DNA of 64,000 nucleotides from Candidatus Cloacimonadales bacterium (GCA_963678315.1 OY782781.1:1600001-1664000), one strand, 5' to 3'; positions 27,129 through 37,771 are shown, counted from the stretch's first letter. The notes: generated by a model from the sequence alone, not told the origin. Numbers and translations are program-made.

Positions 27129-29603
27129 ATGATTATGACTAACAATGAATCAATATTCTTTTCAGACAAGATAAACCATAAAGATAAGACAATTAAAGAA
27201 AAATTCTTTTATCACCTAGAATTCTCAATGATTAAAGATAGAACTACATTAACTGCTAGAGATGTTTATCAGGCTTTGGCTCTGACCATTAAAGATAGTT
27301 TGATAGAGCGCTGGCTTAAAACTAACTATGAATACCAAAAGAATAATTCCAAGAAAGTAAACTATCTATCTATGGAGTTTTTAGTTGGTAGACTTCTCAT
27401 GAATTCTATTAGGAACATGGGGATCGAAGGTGAAGTAAAGACCATTCTAAAAGACTTAAATTATACTCTAGCTGATATAGAAGAAATTGAGCCTGATATG
27501 GGCTTAGGTTCTGGAGGATTAGGTAGATTGGCTGCTTGTTTTATGGATTCCTTGGCAACCCACGGCTACCCTGCAACAGGTTATGGAATGCGTTATGAAT
27601 TTGGAATCTTTAAGCAACTGATTAAACAGGGCTATCAAGTCGAAGAACCGGATAATTGGTTAAGAGCAGGTAATCCCTGGGAGATATGTAGACCTGAACA
27701 TACTTACCGAGTTAAATTTGGTGGTAGACTAGAATCTTTTGAACGTGAAGATGGGCGTGTTGATCATTATTGGGTAGACACTGAAGATATTATGGCTGTT
27801 GCTTGGGATATACCTGTCTTAGGCTACAAGACAGATTGCGTAAATACCCTTAGGTTATGGCAAGCTAAGGCTACAGATGATTTTGATTTTGATTACTTCA
27901 ATACTGGCGACTATATCAAAGCAGTGGAAAAGAAGAATATCTCTGAGAATATATCCAAAGTTCTGTACCCTAATGATAACTTCCATTTAGGTAAAGTCTT
28001 GAGACTTAAACAAGAATATTTCTTTGTCTCTGCAACTTTGCAAGATATCTTTGCAAATTATAAGAAAAGGAACAAGGATTATTCTAAGTTTGCTCAAAAA
28101 GAAGCTATTCAATTAAATGATACTCATCCAGCTTTAGCAATCCCTGAGATGATGAGGATTCTCATTGACCAAGAACGTTATAGCTGGGATAAAGCCTGGA
28201 AGATAACTCAAGAAACTATCTCTTACACAAACCATACTGTTCTCCCTGAAGCACTTGAAAAGTGGAGTCATGAACTTATGCAAACACTTCTTCCAAGACA
28301 CCTACAGATTATTCATGAAATAAATCTTAGATTGCTCAATCAAGTTGATAGGTTATATCCTGGTAACATTTATAAGCTGAAAAAGATGTCTATCATTGAA
28401 GAAGGTGAACATAAGGCTGTAAGAATGGCAAATCTCTGTGTTGTCGGGTCTCATTCAGTAAATGGGGTGGCAAAACTACATTCTGAGATAGTAAAAGATA
28501 AGATATTTAAAGACTTCTATGAATTGACACCTGAGAAATTCAACAATAAAACTAATGGTATAACCCAGAGAAGATGGCTAAACTCTTGCAACAAACCTTT
28601 GAGCCGATATATTTCTTCCCTAATTGGGGTTGCTTGGAAAACTGATTTATTTGAACTAAGAAAACTTGAAGAATTTGTTGATGATTCAGAAGTTCTTTCA
28701 AATTTCAAGAAATATAAACAAGATAGTAAAAAGAAGCTAGCTAAACTCATTTATAAGACAAATGGTGTTAGAGTTTCTACTGACTCAATCTTTGATGTAC
28801 AAGTGAAGAGAATGCATGAATATAAACGTCAATTACTTAATATACTTCATATTATTCATTTGTATAATCAAATTAGGGATAATCCACAAGCTGATTGGGT
28901 TCCTAGAACATTCATTTTTGCAGGTAAGGCAGCTCCAAGTTACTATTTAGCAAAAAATATTATCAAATTCATTAATACTGTTGCTGATAAGATTAATTCT
29001 GATATAACCATCAAAGATAAAATCAAAGTTGTCTTTATTCCAAATTATTCAGTTTCATTAGCAGAGATTATTATTCCTGCTGCCGATGTTTCGGAACAAA
29101 TATCTACAGCTGGTTTTGAAGCTTCTGGCACTGGAAACATGAAGTTTGCTTTAAATGGTGCATTAACTGTTGGTACTCTTGATGGGGCTAATGTTGAAAT
29201 GAAAGAAGAATTTGGAGATGATAATATTTATATCTTTGGTCTCAATTCAGAGCAAGTTGTTGAATGTAAAAATAAAGGTTATAATTCTATAGATTACTAT
29301 CAAAATAATGATAATATTCGTAGAGTTCTTGATATGATAAAGAATAATTACTTCAATGACAGCGAGCCAGGTGTATTCCAACCAATTATCGATACACTTA
29401 TTGGGAATGGCGATTACTTTATGGTTCTAGCTGATTTCCAAGCTTATTGTGATATTCATCAACAGATAGCAAGTGATTACAGAAATGAAGAAGTCTGGAT
29501 GAAGAAGTCTCTTTACAACATCGCTCGTTCTGGTAAATTTTCTTCTGATAGAACTATTCATGAATATGCAAAAGACATTTGGAATGTGAAATCTATTGGC
29601 TAG
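27129..29603 (+). CDS. glgP: Glycogen/alpha-glucan phosphorylase
   Basis: GLGRLAACF, QLNDTHP, KRMHEYKRQ, PLP-lysine motif EASGTGNMKF. Confidence 0.97.
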   Translation: MIMTNNESIFFSDKINHKDKTIKEKFFYHLEFSMIKDRTTLTARDVYQALALTIKDSLIERWLKTNYEYQKNNSKKVNYLSMEFLVGRLLMNSIRNMGIEGEVKTILKDLNYTLADIEEIEPDMGLGSGGLGRLAACFMDSLATHGYPATGYGMRYEFGIFKQLIKQGYQVEEPDNWLRAGNPWEICRPEHTYRVKFGGRLESFEREDGRVDHYWVDTEDIMAVAWDIPVLGYKTDCVNTLRLWQAKATDDFDFDYFNTGDYIKAVEKKNISENISKVLYPNDNFHLGKVLRLKQEYFFVSATLQDIFANYKKRNKDYSKFAQKEAIQLNDTHPALAIPEMMRILIDQERYSWDKAWKITQETISYTNHTVLPEALEKWSHELMQTLLPRHLQIIHEINLRLLNQVDRLYPGNIYKLKKMSIIEEGEHKAVRMANLCVVGSHSVNGVAKLHSEIVKDKIFKDFYELTPEKFNNKTNGITQRRWLNSCNKPLSRYISSLIGVAWKTDLFELRKLEEFVDDSEVLSNFKKYKQDSKKKLAKLIYKTNGVRVSTDSIFDVQVKRMHEYKRQLLNILHIIHLYNQIRDNPQADWVPRTFIFAGKAAPSYYLAKNIIKFINTVADKINSDITIKDKIKVVFIPNYSVSLAEIIIPAADVSEQISTAGFEASGTGNMKFALNGALTVGTLDGANVEMKEEFGDDNIYIFGLNSEQVVECKNKGYNSIDYYQNNDNIRRVLDMIKNNYFNDSEPGVFQPIIDTLIGNGDYFMVLADFQAYCDIHQQIASDYRNEEVWMKKSLYNIARSGKFSSDRTIHEYAKDIWNVKSIG

Positions 29604-29620
29604 GATAGAATAAAATACTG

Positions 29621-29644
29621 AAACCTTTTCCCAAACGTCTCTAC
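29621..29644 (-). repeat. GTAG-type REP-like hairpin (family B), copy 2, degenerate
   Basis: Minus strand GTAGAGACGTTTGGGAAAAGGTTT. Confidence 0.6.
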
Positions 29645-29648
29645 ATGA

Positions 29649-29700
29649 TTACTGGCCTCCTTGAAAAATCGACTTTTTTTCAAGGAGGCAAGTAAGGATG
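29649..29700 (-). repeat. Palindromic intergenic repeat family A, copy 2
   Basis: Plus strand TTACTGGCCTCCTTGAAAAATCGACTTTTTTTCAAGGAGGCAAGTAAGGATG. Confidence 0.9.
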
Positions 29701-29777
29701 GCCTATCTTTAATCAAATAAAGACTAACTGATTAATTATTTATATTCAAAATAAATTTAACCTTTGGTATTATTTCT

Positions 29778-29805
29778 TTGACATATTTGTAACTTCTCTT
29801 ATTAT
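29778..29805 (+). promoter_or_regulatory. Putative sigma70 promoter
   Basis: TTGACA-N16-TATTAT upstream of the TetR gene. Confidence 0.55.
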
Positions 29806-29831
29806 GTCATTAATTTAATAAGGATTAAGGT

Positions 29832-30485
29832 ATGAGTGAATTTAGAAATAAAAGAAAACAGTTAGAATATAAATTAAGAAGAGAATTTATTGTAGAAGTA
29901 GCTGAAAAACTCTTCTATGAACATGGTTATGAAAATGTAACTTTGAACGAAGTAGCCAAGAAAGCTGATTATACCAAAGCAACTCTCTATACTTACATTA
30001 AAAGTAAAGAAGACTTGTATTTAGAAGTCTATTGTATTGGCCTTGATAAGAGATTTCACTATCTAATGGATAAAATGTCAAAAGCTAAAAATGGTTTCGA
30101 AAAGATACGCTTCTTTGGCCAATCTTATTACGAATTCTATAAGGAAAATCCTGAAATTTTATACCATCAACAATATTTAGATTTTCGTCCTGTTAATCCA
30201 GAAAAGATAGATGAGACTCTAATGGTTAGATTTAAAGATTTAAATGTTGAAGGCTATATGATAGTTGTTGATGCTATAAAAGAAGGTATTGCCGATGGAA
30301 GTGTTAAAGAAGACTTGAATCCCAACTACCTCTATTCTCAAATTATTTACGCTCTTAGAGCTGTAGCTTCTGCAGCAGTTTATCGTAGGAAACCTGTAAA
30401 AGATGAGGAGAATACAGAAGAAATTAATAGAAAATGGTATTTATCATTCTTAGAACTTCTGTTATCAGCTATTAAACCATCATAG
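29832..30485 (+). CDS. TetR/AcrR-family regulator
   Basis: AEKLFYEHGYENVTLNEVAKKADYTKATLYTYIKSKEDL. Confidence 0.92.
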   Translation: MSEFRNKRKQLEYKLRREFIVEVAEKLFYEHGYENVTLNEVAKKADYTKATLYTYIKSKEDLYLEVYCIGLDKRFHYLMDKMSKAKNGFEKIRFFGQSYYEFYKENPEILYHQQYLDFRPVNPEKIDETLMVRFKDLNVEGYMIVVDAIKEGIADGSVKEDLNPNYLYSQIIYALRAVASAAVYRRKPVKDEENTEEINRKWYLSFLELLLSAIKPS

Positions 30486-30541
30486 ATTTACTAGACTGTA
30501 TAATATTCGTCTTATAAAACATTTTGATCATGGGAGGTTAA

Positions 30542-31435
30542 ATGCATGTTTTAGAATCTTATAATTTTACCCCAATTTTGGGGTGGTCAGTAAGCAGATA
30601 CGAGACCTTTACTAATTGTAAAAGACAATATTACTACACCTATTATGGTAAATATGATAATCAAATTCCTTATGAAACTATACTCTATTTTAAGCAATTA
30701 ACATCACTTCCTTTGGAAAAAGGTAACATCACTCATGACTTAATAAGGGATATTCTAAGAAGATTCCAGAAAACAAGTGCAGACATTGACACAACTAAGT
30801 TTCAAAGTTATATATTTAATATGACTAAACGTTATTGTGCTAATAAAGAGTTTGCTGAAATAGTATTTAATAAGCAATCTACTATCAACATTCAAGAGCT
30901 ATATGAAGAGATAAAAGGCTTTGTTATAGCTTTTCTAAACAGTAAAAGATTTTCTTGGATTAAAGAACACTTGAATGAAGGGACTGAAGATTGGATTATT
31001 GAACCTGCTGGTTTCGGTGAAACAAGATTTAATGACTTAAAAGCTTACTGTAAAGTTGATTTCTTGATTCCTATTGATGATAAATACTATATTTTTGATT
31101 GGAAGACAGGTCGATTATCACCTGATAAACATAGAAAACAGATGCTTGCTTATTCGGCATGGACTCAAAAGTTCTTCAATGTCGATAGTAAAAAGATACA
31201 TGCAATTCTAGCTTTCTTAAATCCTGACTATGTAGAAGTTGGTGAACATTTTACTAATGATGAGTTAGAAGATTTCAATCAACAACTAAAACTTGAAACA
31301 GAAGAAATGTATACTTACTGTTCAAACATAAAGGATAACGTTCCAATTAGAAAAGAAGAATTTACTAAAACAAGCAACTATCATATATGTTCTTTCTGTA
31401 ATTTCAGAAGGCTTTGTAACAGAGAGAAAATCTAA
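30542..31435 (+). CDS. PD-(D/E)XK nuclease, AddB/Cas4-like with 4-Cys iron staple
   Basis: WSVSRYETFTNCKRQY, KVDFL..IFDWKTG, QMLAY, CSFCNFRRLC. Confidence 0.85.
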   Translation: MHVLESYNFTPILGWSVSRYETFTNCKRQYYYTYYGKYDNQIPYETILYFKQLTSLPLEKGNITHDLIRDILRRFQKTSADIDTTKFQSYIFNMTKRYCANKEFAEIVFNKQSTINIQELYEEIKGFVIAFLNSKRFSWIKEHLNEGTEDWIIEPAGFGETRFNDLKAYCKVDFLIPIDDKYYIFDWKTGRLSPDKHRKQMLAYSAWTQKFFNVDSKKIHAILAFLNPDYVEVGEHFTNDELEDFNQQLKLETEEMYTYCSNIKDNVPIRKEEFTKTSNYHICSFCNFRRLCNREKI

Positions 31436-31450
31436 AATAGGTTACTTAAT

Positions 31451-32065
31451 TTAAAAGATATCGAAAAAAGCTTTAATTATTCCTTCAGCTTTTAAAACAT
31501 TAATCAAAATCATTACGCAATATACAATAATAAACATTGAACAATCACGTAAATCTTTATAGAAAGTTTTTGGCTTTACACTATATTCTTGTGGTTGGTG
31601 AAAAAGAGAGAATTTTGGAAAGAACTTAGGAACAGTGCTTCTATATTTATCGTATTGCTCTCCATAAATACCAGACAACTTAGCCTCTTCTCCAGCAATT
31701 ACTAGAGGATAGTAGAAAGCAAAAGCTAATATGCAAAAAGCAAAGAATAATAGAGAATGAGATACTAGTCCAACTCCAATGAGTCCCAGAAAACTGAAGT
31801 AGTATAAAGGATTACGCATCATAGAATAAGGTCCTTCACTGACTAACTTCTTATTCTTGAACCCAGATATGTAGAAAGAACACCAGATTCTTCCCATAAC
31901 CGCAGATGTACATAGAAGTAATGCTACAATATCAATTACCGTATAAGCGATTGGATTTAAAATGAATTTCTGTTTTCCAAATATTAGTGCAATGATTGCT
32001 AAAATAGCCAAAAATCTTGATAGTCTAGTTCTGTACTTCTTTACTTTACGGTATTTATTCTTCAT
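31451..32065 (-). CDS. Isoprenylcysteine carboxylmethyltransferase/PEMT-family membrane protein
   Basis: Likely start 32065; LVSEGPYSMMRNPLY, EEAKL...YG..Y..Y...VPKFFP. Confidence 0.88.
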   Translation of the reverse strand: MKNKYRKVKKYRTRLSRFLAILAIIALIFGKQKFILNPIAYTVIDIVALLLCTSAVMGRIWCSFYISGFKNKKLVSEGPYSMMRNPLYYFSFLGLIGVGLVSHSLLFFAFCILAFAFYYPLVIAGEEAKLSGIYGEQYDKYRSTVPKFFPKFSLFHQPQEYSVKPKTFYKDLRDCSMFIIVYCVMILINVLKAEGIIKAFFDIF

Positions 32066-32240
32066 AATTATCCCTTTAAATTCTATTTTAGTCATTTTAT
32101 ATATGTTGAGTAAAATAAGCAAGAAAAAAAAGATAAAAAAGCTATGTTCATATAATCTAAAGTTACAAAATATTGCTATCTTATAATTTAATTCTGGACA
32201 GAAAATTAAAAATCCCATATGTTTGGTAAAAGAGGTAATT

Positions 32241-32888
32241 ATGACTTTTGACCAGATTTATAAGACACTAGAAAAGAGGTTTCATGATTTCCCAACACCT
32301 GTTGTTGACTTCATTGAAGCTCAAACCAAAGACCCTTTTAAAATACTTGTGGCTACTATTTTGAGTGCTAGAACTAAAGACGAGACTACTACAAAAGTTG
32401 TTAAAGAATTCTTCAAAGTTGTAGATAAACCACATGACATATTAAAATACACAATACCTGAACTTGAAAAGATGATTTATCCTGTAGGATTCTATAAAAA
32501 TAAAGCAGTCTATCTCAGTAAATTGCCAACAGCTCTTGATGAACTTTATAATGGACAAATCCCAGAAACTATAGAGCAACTAGTTGAACTACCAGGTGTA
32601 GGCAGAAAGACAGCTAATTTGGTTCGAGCTATCGCCTTCAAGAAACCTGCAGTATGTGTTGATGTACATGTGCATAGAATATTTAATAGAATTGGTTTTC
32701 TAAGAACTAAAACTCCTTTAGAAACAGAAATGACTCTCAGAGAAACCCTTCCTGTTAAATACTGGATTCATTTTAATTCTTACTTTGTAGCATTCGGACA
32801 AAACTTGTGTACTCCAAGAAAACCTAAATGTTCTGAATGCCCTATTTATGAAGGATGTGATAAAATTGGAGTGATGGAAAGTAGATAG
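32241..32888 (+). CDS. nth: Endonuclease III
   Basis: LSARTKD, HhH LPGVGRKTA, VDVHVHRI, Fe-S motif CTPRKPKCSECPIYEGC; GAGG RBS before ATG 32241. Confidence 0.95.
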   Translation: MTFDQIYKTLEKRFHDFPTPVVDFIEAQTKDPFKILVATILSARTKDETTTKVVKEFFKVVDKPHDILKYTIPELEKMIYPVGFYKNKAVYLSKLPTALDELYNGQIPETIEQLVELPGVGRKTANLVRAIAFKKPAVCVDVHVHRIFNRIGFLRTKTPLETEMTLRETLPVKYWIHFNSYFVAFGQNLCTPRKPKCSECPIYEGCDKIGVMESR

Positions 32889-32938
32889 CTTGACAATAAA
32901 ATATATCTAAGATAATGGGCGTTTGTTAAGGAGATGAT

Positions 32939-34246
32939 ATGAGAATAAATATAGATGGAATAGGGATGCTAAAAGACACAAGCATTGAACTAAATAACTT
33001 AACTGTAATTGCTGGAGAAAATGATAGCGGTAAAAGTACAGTAGGGAAGGTTATATACGCCATTGTTAAAGCTCTTCGAAATTATGAAGAGCGATATAAA
33101 GACTTTTACATTGATAGACTTGAATCTGACTATCTACAAAAGATAAGTAAAATAGTGAGGCAAGATTATAATGAAGAGTATTATCTACTTAGAAAGAACA
33201 TTGACCCAATATTTGTTGCAAGAAATATTAGATTTGCAGATGGAAATGTACCAGATATACAATTCGCAGTAAATAATTACATTGATCAAATTACAGAAAT
33301 TACAAGTAAAAAAGATGCTCAAAATACATCGATGGGATCCCAATCAATAAAAAAGCGCAATACTGAACTAAATAAGCTATTAATACTTCTTAAGGAAGAA
33401 ATTTCTGAGAATAAATTATATCCAGATAATAATAAACTATTTCAGGCTGCAATTCAGCAATATCTAAAGTTTGAATTTAAAAAAGATATCAATTTTAAAT
33501 ATTGTGTTGATAGTGGTCAGATTCAAGTTAAAGAAGGGAAAAATATTATGTTGAACTTAACTATAAGCAAGAATAGAGTAATTAACTCTGAACTTGTTGA
33601 TAAAAATATATTTAGTGATGCAACATATATTGAGTCTCCTTTTGTATTGAATTCAACAAAATATGATAAATATTCTAGAAACCTAGATTTGATTAATAAG
33701 TTGAAATTATCGGATTCGAATGAAGATCAGATGTTTTTTGAAGAACTATTTGATTCAGATATAGATATTAGCAACGAAATAAAACAAGTTATTGGAGGAA
33801 GTCTTAAATATGATAGACAAGAAAGAAAGTTTCAGTTCTCCAAAAGCAATAAGTATTTTGATATAGTCAACATAGCCTCTGGTATAAAAAGTCTTGGAAT
33901 AATTAAGAGTTTATTTGATAGTAATCTAATGGATTTATCTCAATTGTTGATCATTGATGAGCCAGAAGTACATTTGCATCCAGAGTGGCAAGTGAAATAT
34001 GGTGAAATCTTGGTTAAATTAGCATCAAAGGGTTACAACATCTTAATTGCAACTCATTCTGAAAATATTCTACAAGCGATTGACTATTATAGTAGAAAGT
34101 ATGGTGCCAAAGAGTTGATAAGTTATTATTCTTCTGATAAGACTGAACTTGGTCAATCTAAAATTAGTGATTATACTGATAAGTTAAATGATATTTTTGA
34201 AAAATTATCTTATCCTTTCGAAAGACTAGTATGGGAGGTTGATTGA
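32939..34246 (+). CDS. ABC-type ATPase of the AAA_15/AAA_21 (AbiEii/OLD-like) group
   Basis: Walker A GENDSGKS, signature IASGIKS, Walker B LIIDEPEVHLHP, H-loop ATHS; no TM partner. Confidence 0.88.
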   Translation: MRINIDGIGMLKDTSIELNNLTVIAGENDSGKSTVGKVIYAIVKALRNYEERYKDFYIDRLESDYLQKISKIVRQDYNEEYYLLRKNIDPIFVARNIRFADGNVPDIQFAVNNYIDQITEITSKKDAQNTSMGSQSIKKRNTELNKLLILLKEEISENKLYPDNNKLFQAAIQQYLKFEFKKDINFKYCVDSGQIQVKEGKNIMLNLTISKNRVINSELVDKNIFSDATYIESPFVLNSTKYDKYSRNLDLINKLKLSDSNEDQMFFEELFDSDIDISNEIKQVIGGSLKYDRQERKFQFSKSNKYFDIVNIASGIKSLGIIKSLFDSNLMDLSQLLIIDEPEVHLHPEWQVKYGEILVKLASKGYNILIATHSENILQAIDYYSRKYGAKELISYYSSDKTELGQSKISDYTDKLNDIFEKLSYPFERLVWEVD

Positions 34247-34887
34247 TTTTTAAGGGTGTTTATGAAAAGGGTTTAAGTAAAGGATTATTTCAAATAGAAA
34301 AAATTAAGGATATTTGTAAAACCTGTTGTTATTATTCAGAAATAAAAGTTATAGACTTTGATGAAACAGCAAAGTATGTTAAAAGTCAGGATCCAGTTAC
34401 TTTTGCTGAAACCCCAGCATCTGTTGATTGCTTAATTTTTAATATATCTCATAGTACAATTGATCTGATTGAAATGAAAAGTGTTGATAAATTTATTAAG
34501 TATCATTTAATGGATACTAACAGAGCAAGCAAAGAACAGATAATTTCAAAGCAAATGGAGAAATTTAATTTATCAAAAAAGTATATTGATTCAATCAAAA
34601 TTATCAAATGGGTTGAACAACAGTTTAACCAAACAGAAGTGAGTAACTATTTTAAACAAGAATATCCAATTTTTGTAGTCTTAATTGATGAAAGTGATTA
34701 TAAGTTATTTAAAGAAGATATTAGAAAAAGAAGAACATATACTGGGTTTCATGCTCGAGTCAAAAGAAGTATTGAAGACTATCTAAAAAAATATTTAAAT
34801 GATATCAATGGTAACATGATAATATCACGATTATGGACAGAAAAGAAATTTGATGACTTCTATTCAAAATTAGATAAACTACCATAG
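34243..34887 (+). CDS. Hypothetical protein, probable PD-(D/E)XK-type nuclease
   Basis: SVDCL..IDLIEMKS; TTG start overlaps the ATPase stop (TTGA). Confidence 0.55.
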   Translation: MIFKGVYEKGLSKGLFQIEKIKDICKTCCYYSEIKVIDFDETAKYVKSQDPVTFAETPASVDCLIFNISHSTIDLIEMKSVDKFIKYHLMDTNRASKEQIISKQMEKFNLSKKYIDSIKIIKWVEQQFNQTEVSNYFKQEYPIFVVLIDESDYKLFKEDIRKRRTYTGFHARVKRSIEDYLKKYLNDINGNMIISRLWTEKKFDDFYSKLDKLP

Positions 34888-34894
34888 CAAGAAG

Positions 34895-34921
34895 AGGCAG
34901 TCAGTTTGATTGACTGCCTTA
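34895..34921. terminator. Hairpin between convergent genes
   Basis: AGGCAGTCA-gtttgat-TGACTGCCT. Confidence 0.65.
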
Positions 34922-34936
34922 ATGAAGAAAAATTCT

Positions 34937-35323
34937 TTATTTACTTACAAAATCCTTAATTGACATATTGTAAGATAACTTATAAACGGGCATATTACCT
35001 ATATTATCAAGCAGACTTCTCTTAATTAGATTATTAATAATATCATCAATAAACTCATTTAGTCCAGATAAGAAAGGTGGATCAGCAATATGACAGTGTT
35101 GCATTTCAAATGTTCCTAAGAGAACATCGGTTTCTGCAGCTAATCTAGCTTCAAGTTCACCTACGAAATAGTCTATTTTAACATTTATATTATTTATGTT
35201 AAGTACGTCATTATCAAATTTTAGAACAAAGTTATAGGTATTGTTATTATTAATAAAATCACAATATCTCGGCAAAAATCTTTTGAACAACTCAATTTTA
35301 AATTGATTCTCTACTGAATTCAT
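34937..35323 (-). CDS. Hypothetical protein (~128 aa)
   Basis: GGAGG RBS before ATG 35323, upstream TTGCAT-N16-TATATT; no motif recognised. Confidence 0.6.
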   Translation of the reverse strand: MNSVENQFKIELFKRFLPRYCDFINNNNTYNFVLKFDNDVLNINNINVKIDYFVGELEARLAAETDVLLGTFEMQHCHIADPPFLSGLNEFIDDIINNLIKRSLLDNIGNMPVYKLSYNMSIKDFVSK

Positions 35324-35562
35324 TGTATCCTCCAATTAATCCTTTATTTAGAATATACTTTAAATGTTCTGTTATGCAAACGCAATTCAACATAAAAAAC
35401 ATATTTTTGTAACTAAAAGATTTATAGTACGTTTATTATGTAGAAGTGAAAGAAAATTAATTTTGATTGACTTATATAGTATGCTCTTCAAAATTGTTAG
35501 AAGATACTTATTTTGTTGATTAAACGTAATTTAAGAATCATAAATTGTAATAAGAGGTTTTA

Positions 35563-35775
35563 ATGAAAGGAACAGTTAAGTGGTTCAATGAGAATAAAGG
35601 CTACGGTTTTATTCTTTCTGAAGATAATGTTGAGTATTTTGTACACTGGAAAAGTATAGTTACTTCCAATCCACTACAACACAAAGTTTTAGTGCAGGAT
35701 GAAAGAGTTCAATTCGATACAATCGAAACAGATAGAGGAACTCAAGCTATTAATGTTATTAGACTAGATGCATAG
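35563..35775 (+). CDS. Cold-shock domain protein
   Basis: MKGTVKWFNENKGYGFI, FVHWKSI, QAINV. Confidence 0.93.
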   Translation: MKGTVKWFNENKGYGFILSEDNVEYFVHWKSIVTSNPLQHKVLVQDERVQFDTIETDRGTQAINVIRLDA

Positions 35776-35801
35776 GTAATTATTGATAAGTTTATAACAA
35801 T

Positions 35802-37679
35802 ATGAATTTTAAACATAAGTTTTTCTTGCCTACAACTAAGCAAGAGATGAATGCTCTTGGATGGCAAGAATTAGATATTATTATTATCTCGGGTGATGCT
35901 TATATTGATCATCCGAGTTTTTCTGCGTCTATTATCGGAAGATATTTACAGCATTTCGGATTTAAAGTAGGCATAATACCTCAGCCTAATATAGATGAAC
36001 CTGATGATTTTCTCGTAATGGGGGAACCCAAACTTTTTTGGGGTATTACTTCAGGGAATATGGATTCAATGGTAAATCATTATACAGCCCAGAAGAAACT
36101 TCGTTCAGAAGATGCTTATACTCCTGCTGGTAAAATAGGAATTAGACCAGATAGAGCCTTGATTAGATATACAAACCTTGTCAAACAAATTTCTAAAGAT
36201 ACTCCAGTAATACTAGGTGGTATAGAAGCTTCCATGCGTAGGATATCCCATTATGATTATTGGAGTGATAAGGTTAGAAATTCTATCCTTGTTGATTCTA
36301 AAGCTGATATTCTTGTTTATGGAATGGGTGAGAAGATTATTCATGAAATAGCTATTCGGCTCCTTAATGGCGATCATATTAGTACTATTTATGATGTTCC
36401 TGGAACTGCTGTAATTAGCTGGGATATTGATGAAGAAGAAGAGCATACCTTCTTACCTCCACAAAATGTGTGTAAAGTCAAAGAGAACTTCCACCAGCTC
36501 ACGAAAACCTTTCAAGAAAACTATAACTCTAAAGTAATATATCAGGATATAGGTTCTAGATATTTAAGACATAACATTCCTGCTCCAAACATGACCACAG
36601 AAGAACTTGATGAAGCTTATAGTCTCCCTTATATGAGGAACCCACATCCTAGATACAAAGGAAAATCCATTAAGGCTTGGGACCAGATAAGAGATTCTAT
36701 TACTGCTCATAGAGGTTGTGGAGGTGGTTGTAATTTCTGTGCAATTGGTTATCATCAAGGCAAAACGATTACTTCTAGAAGTGAAGATTCTATTTTAGAT
36801 GAAGTTAAAGAACTTGTTAATAGAGACTATTTTCACGGCACAATAAGTGATGTTGGTGGTCCTTCTGCAAATATGTATGGTATGAAGTGTACTTTAGAAG
36901 AGGGGCTTATTTGCAAGCGAAGTTCTTGTTTATACCCATCTATTTGCACAAAGCTAGATTGTTCTCACGATAAGTATTTAAGTCTATTAAGGAAAGTAAA
37001 GAGTATCAATAAGGTTAAGAATCTGTTTATAGCTTCAGGTATTAGATTTGACTTAGCATTGAAATCAAAGAATTTTATTAGAGAGACTGCAAAACATTAT
37101 ATTGGGGGACATCTAAAATTAGCTCCTGAACATGTCGTTCCTAAGGTTCTAAAAATAATGAACAAACCGTCAATAGATTTGTATGAAGAGTTTTCTAAGT
37201 ACTTTATGGATGCATCCCTTCAAGCAGGAAAGAAACAATCTATTATTCCATACATCATAGTAGGCCACCCAGGAACAGATTTGAATGATGCTGTTAAACT
37301 GGCTCTTTATCTAAAAAAGAATAATCTTAAGTTAGAACAAGTTCAAGAATTTTATCCGACTCCGATGACTCCGAGCACTGCTATGTATTACACTGAATTA
37401 GACTATCAAACTGGAAAAAGAGTACATGTTTCAAAAGGCAGGGAAATTCGCCTTCAAAAGGCTCTTGTTCAGTGGTATATGCCAGAGAATAAGAAATATG
37501 TTATTGAAGCTCTAAGTAAAATTGGGAAAAGTAGTCTTATCGCTAAATTCTATCAGAATGGAGCTTTATCTAATCCAAAGAAAGAGAAAACAAGCAATGC
37601 AAAGAATACTTTTAAAGACAGAAAAAATAGCAAAAAGGGTAAAAGAACTAATACTAGCAAGAATAAAGGAAGACGCTAA
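35802..37679 (+). CDS. ygiQ: YgiQ-family radical SAM protein
   Basis: FLPTT, GDAYIDHPSF, GGIEASMRR, RGCGGGCNFC, DVGGPSANMY, QEFYPTPMT. Confidence 0.93.
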   Translation: MNFKHKFFLPTTKQEMNALGWQELDIIIISGDAYIDHPSFSASIIGRYLQHFGFKVGIIPQPNIDEPDDFLVMGEPKLFWGITSGNMDSMVNHYTAQKKLRSEDAYTPAGKIGIRPDRALIRYTNLVKQISKDTPVILGGIEASMRRISHYDYWSDKVRNSILVDSKADILVYGMGEKIIHEIAIRLLNGDHISTIYDVPGTAVISWDIDEEEEHTFLPPQNVCKVKENFHQLTKTFQENYNSKVIYQDIGSRYLRHNIPAPNMTTEELDEAYSLPYMRNPHPRYKGKSIKAWDQIRDSITAHRGCGGGCNFCAIGYHQGKTITSRSEDSILDEVKELVNRDYFHGTISDVGGPSANMYGMKCTLEEGLICKRSSCLYPSICTKLDCSHDKYLSLLRKVKSINKVKNLFIASGIRFDLALKSKNFIRETAKHYIGGHLKLAPEHVVPKVLKIMNKPSIDLYEEFSKYFMDASLQAGKKQSIIPYIIVGHPGTDLNDAVKLALYLKKNNLKLEQVQEFYPTPMTPSTAMYYTELDYQTGKRVHVSKGREIRLQKALVQWYMPENKKYVIEALSKIGKSSLIAKFYQNGALSNPKKEKTSNAKNTFKDRKNSKKGKRTNTSKNKGRR

Positions 37680-37771
37680 ACATTCTGAACAGTAACAATC
37701 TTTATTAATTTGATACTAGCTTTTTATGTAGAAATACATCTAGATAATCAATTATTTTACTCATAAAATAC

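Noticed and set aside
30542..31435. CRISPR-Cas locus
   Set aside because: No repeat-spacer array or other cas genes seen in the window; the palindromic repeats are dispersed, not regularly spaced.
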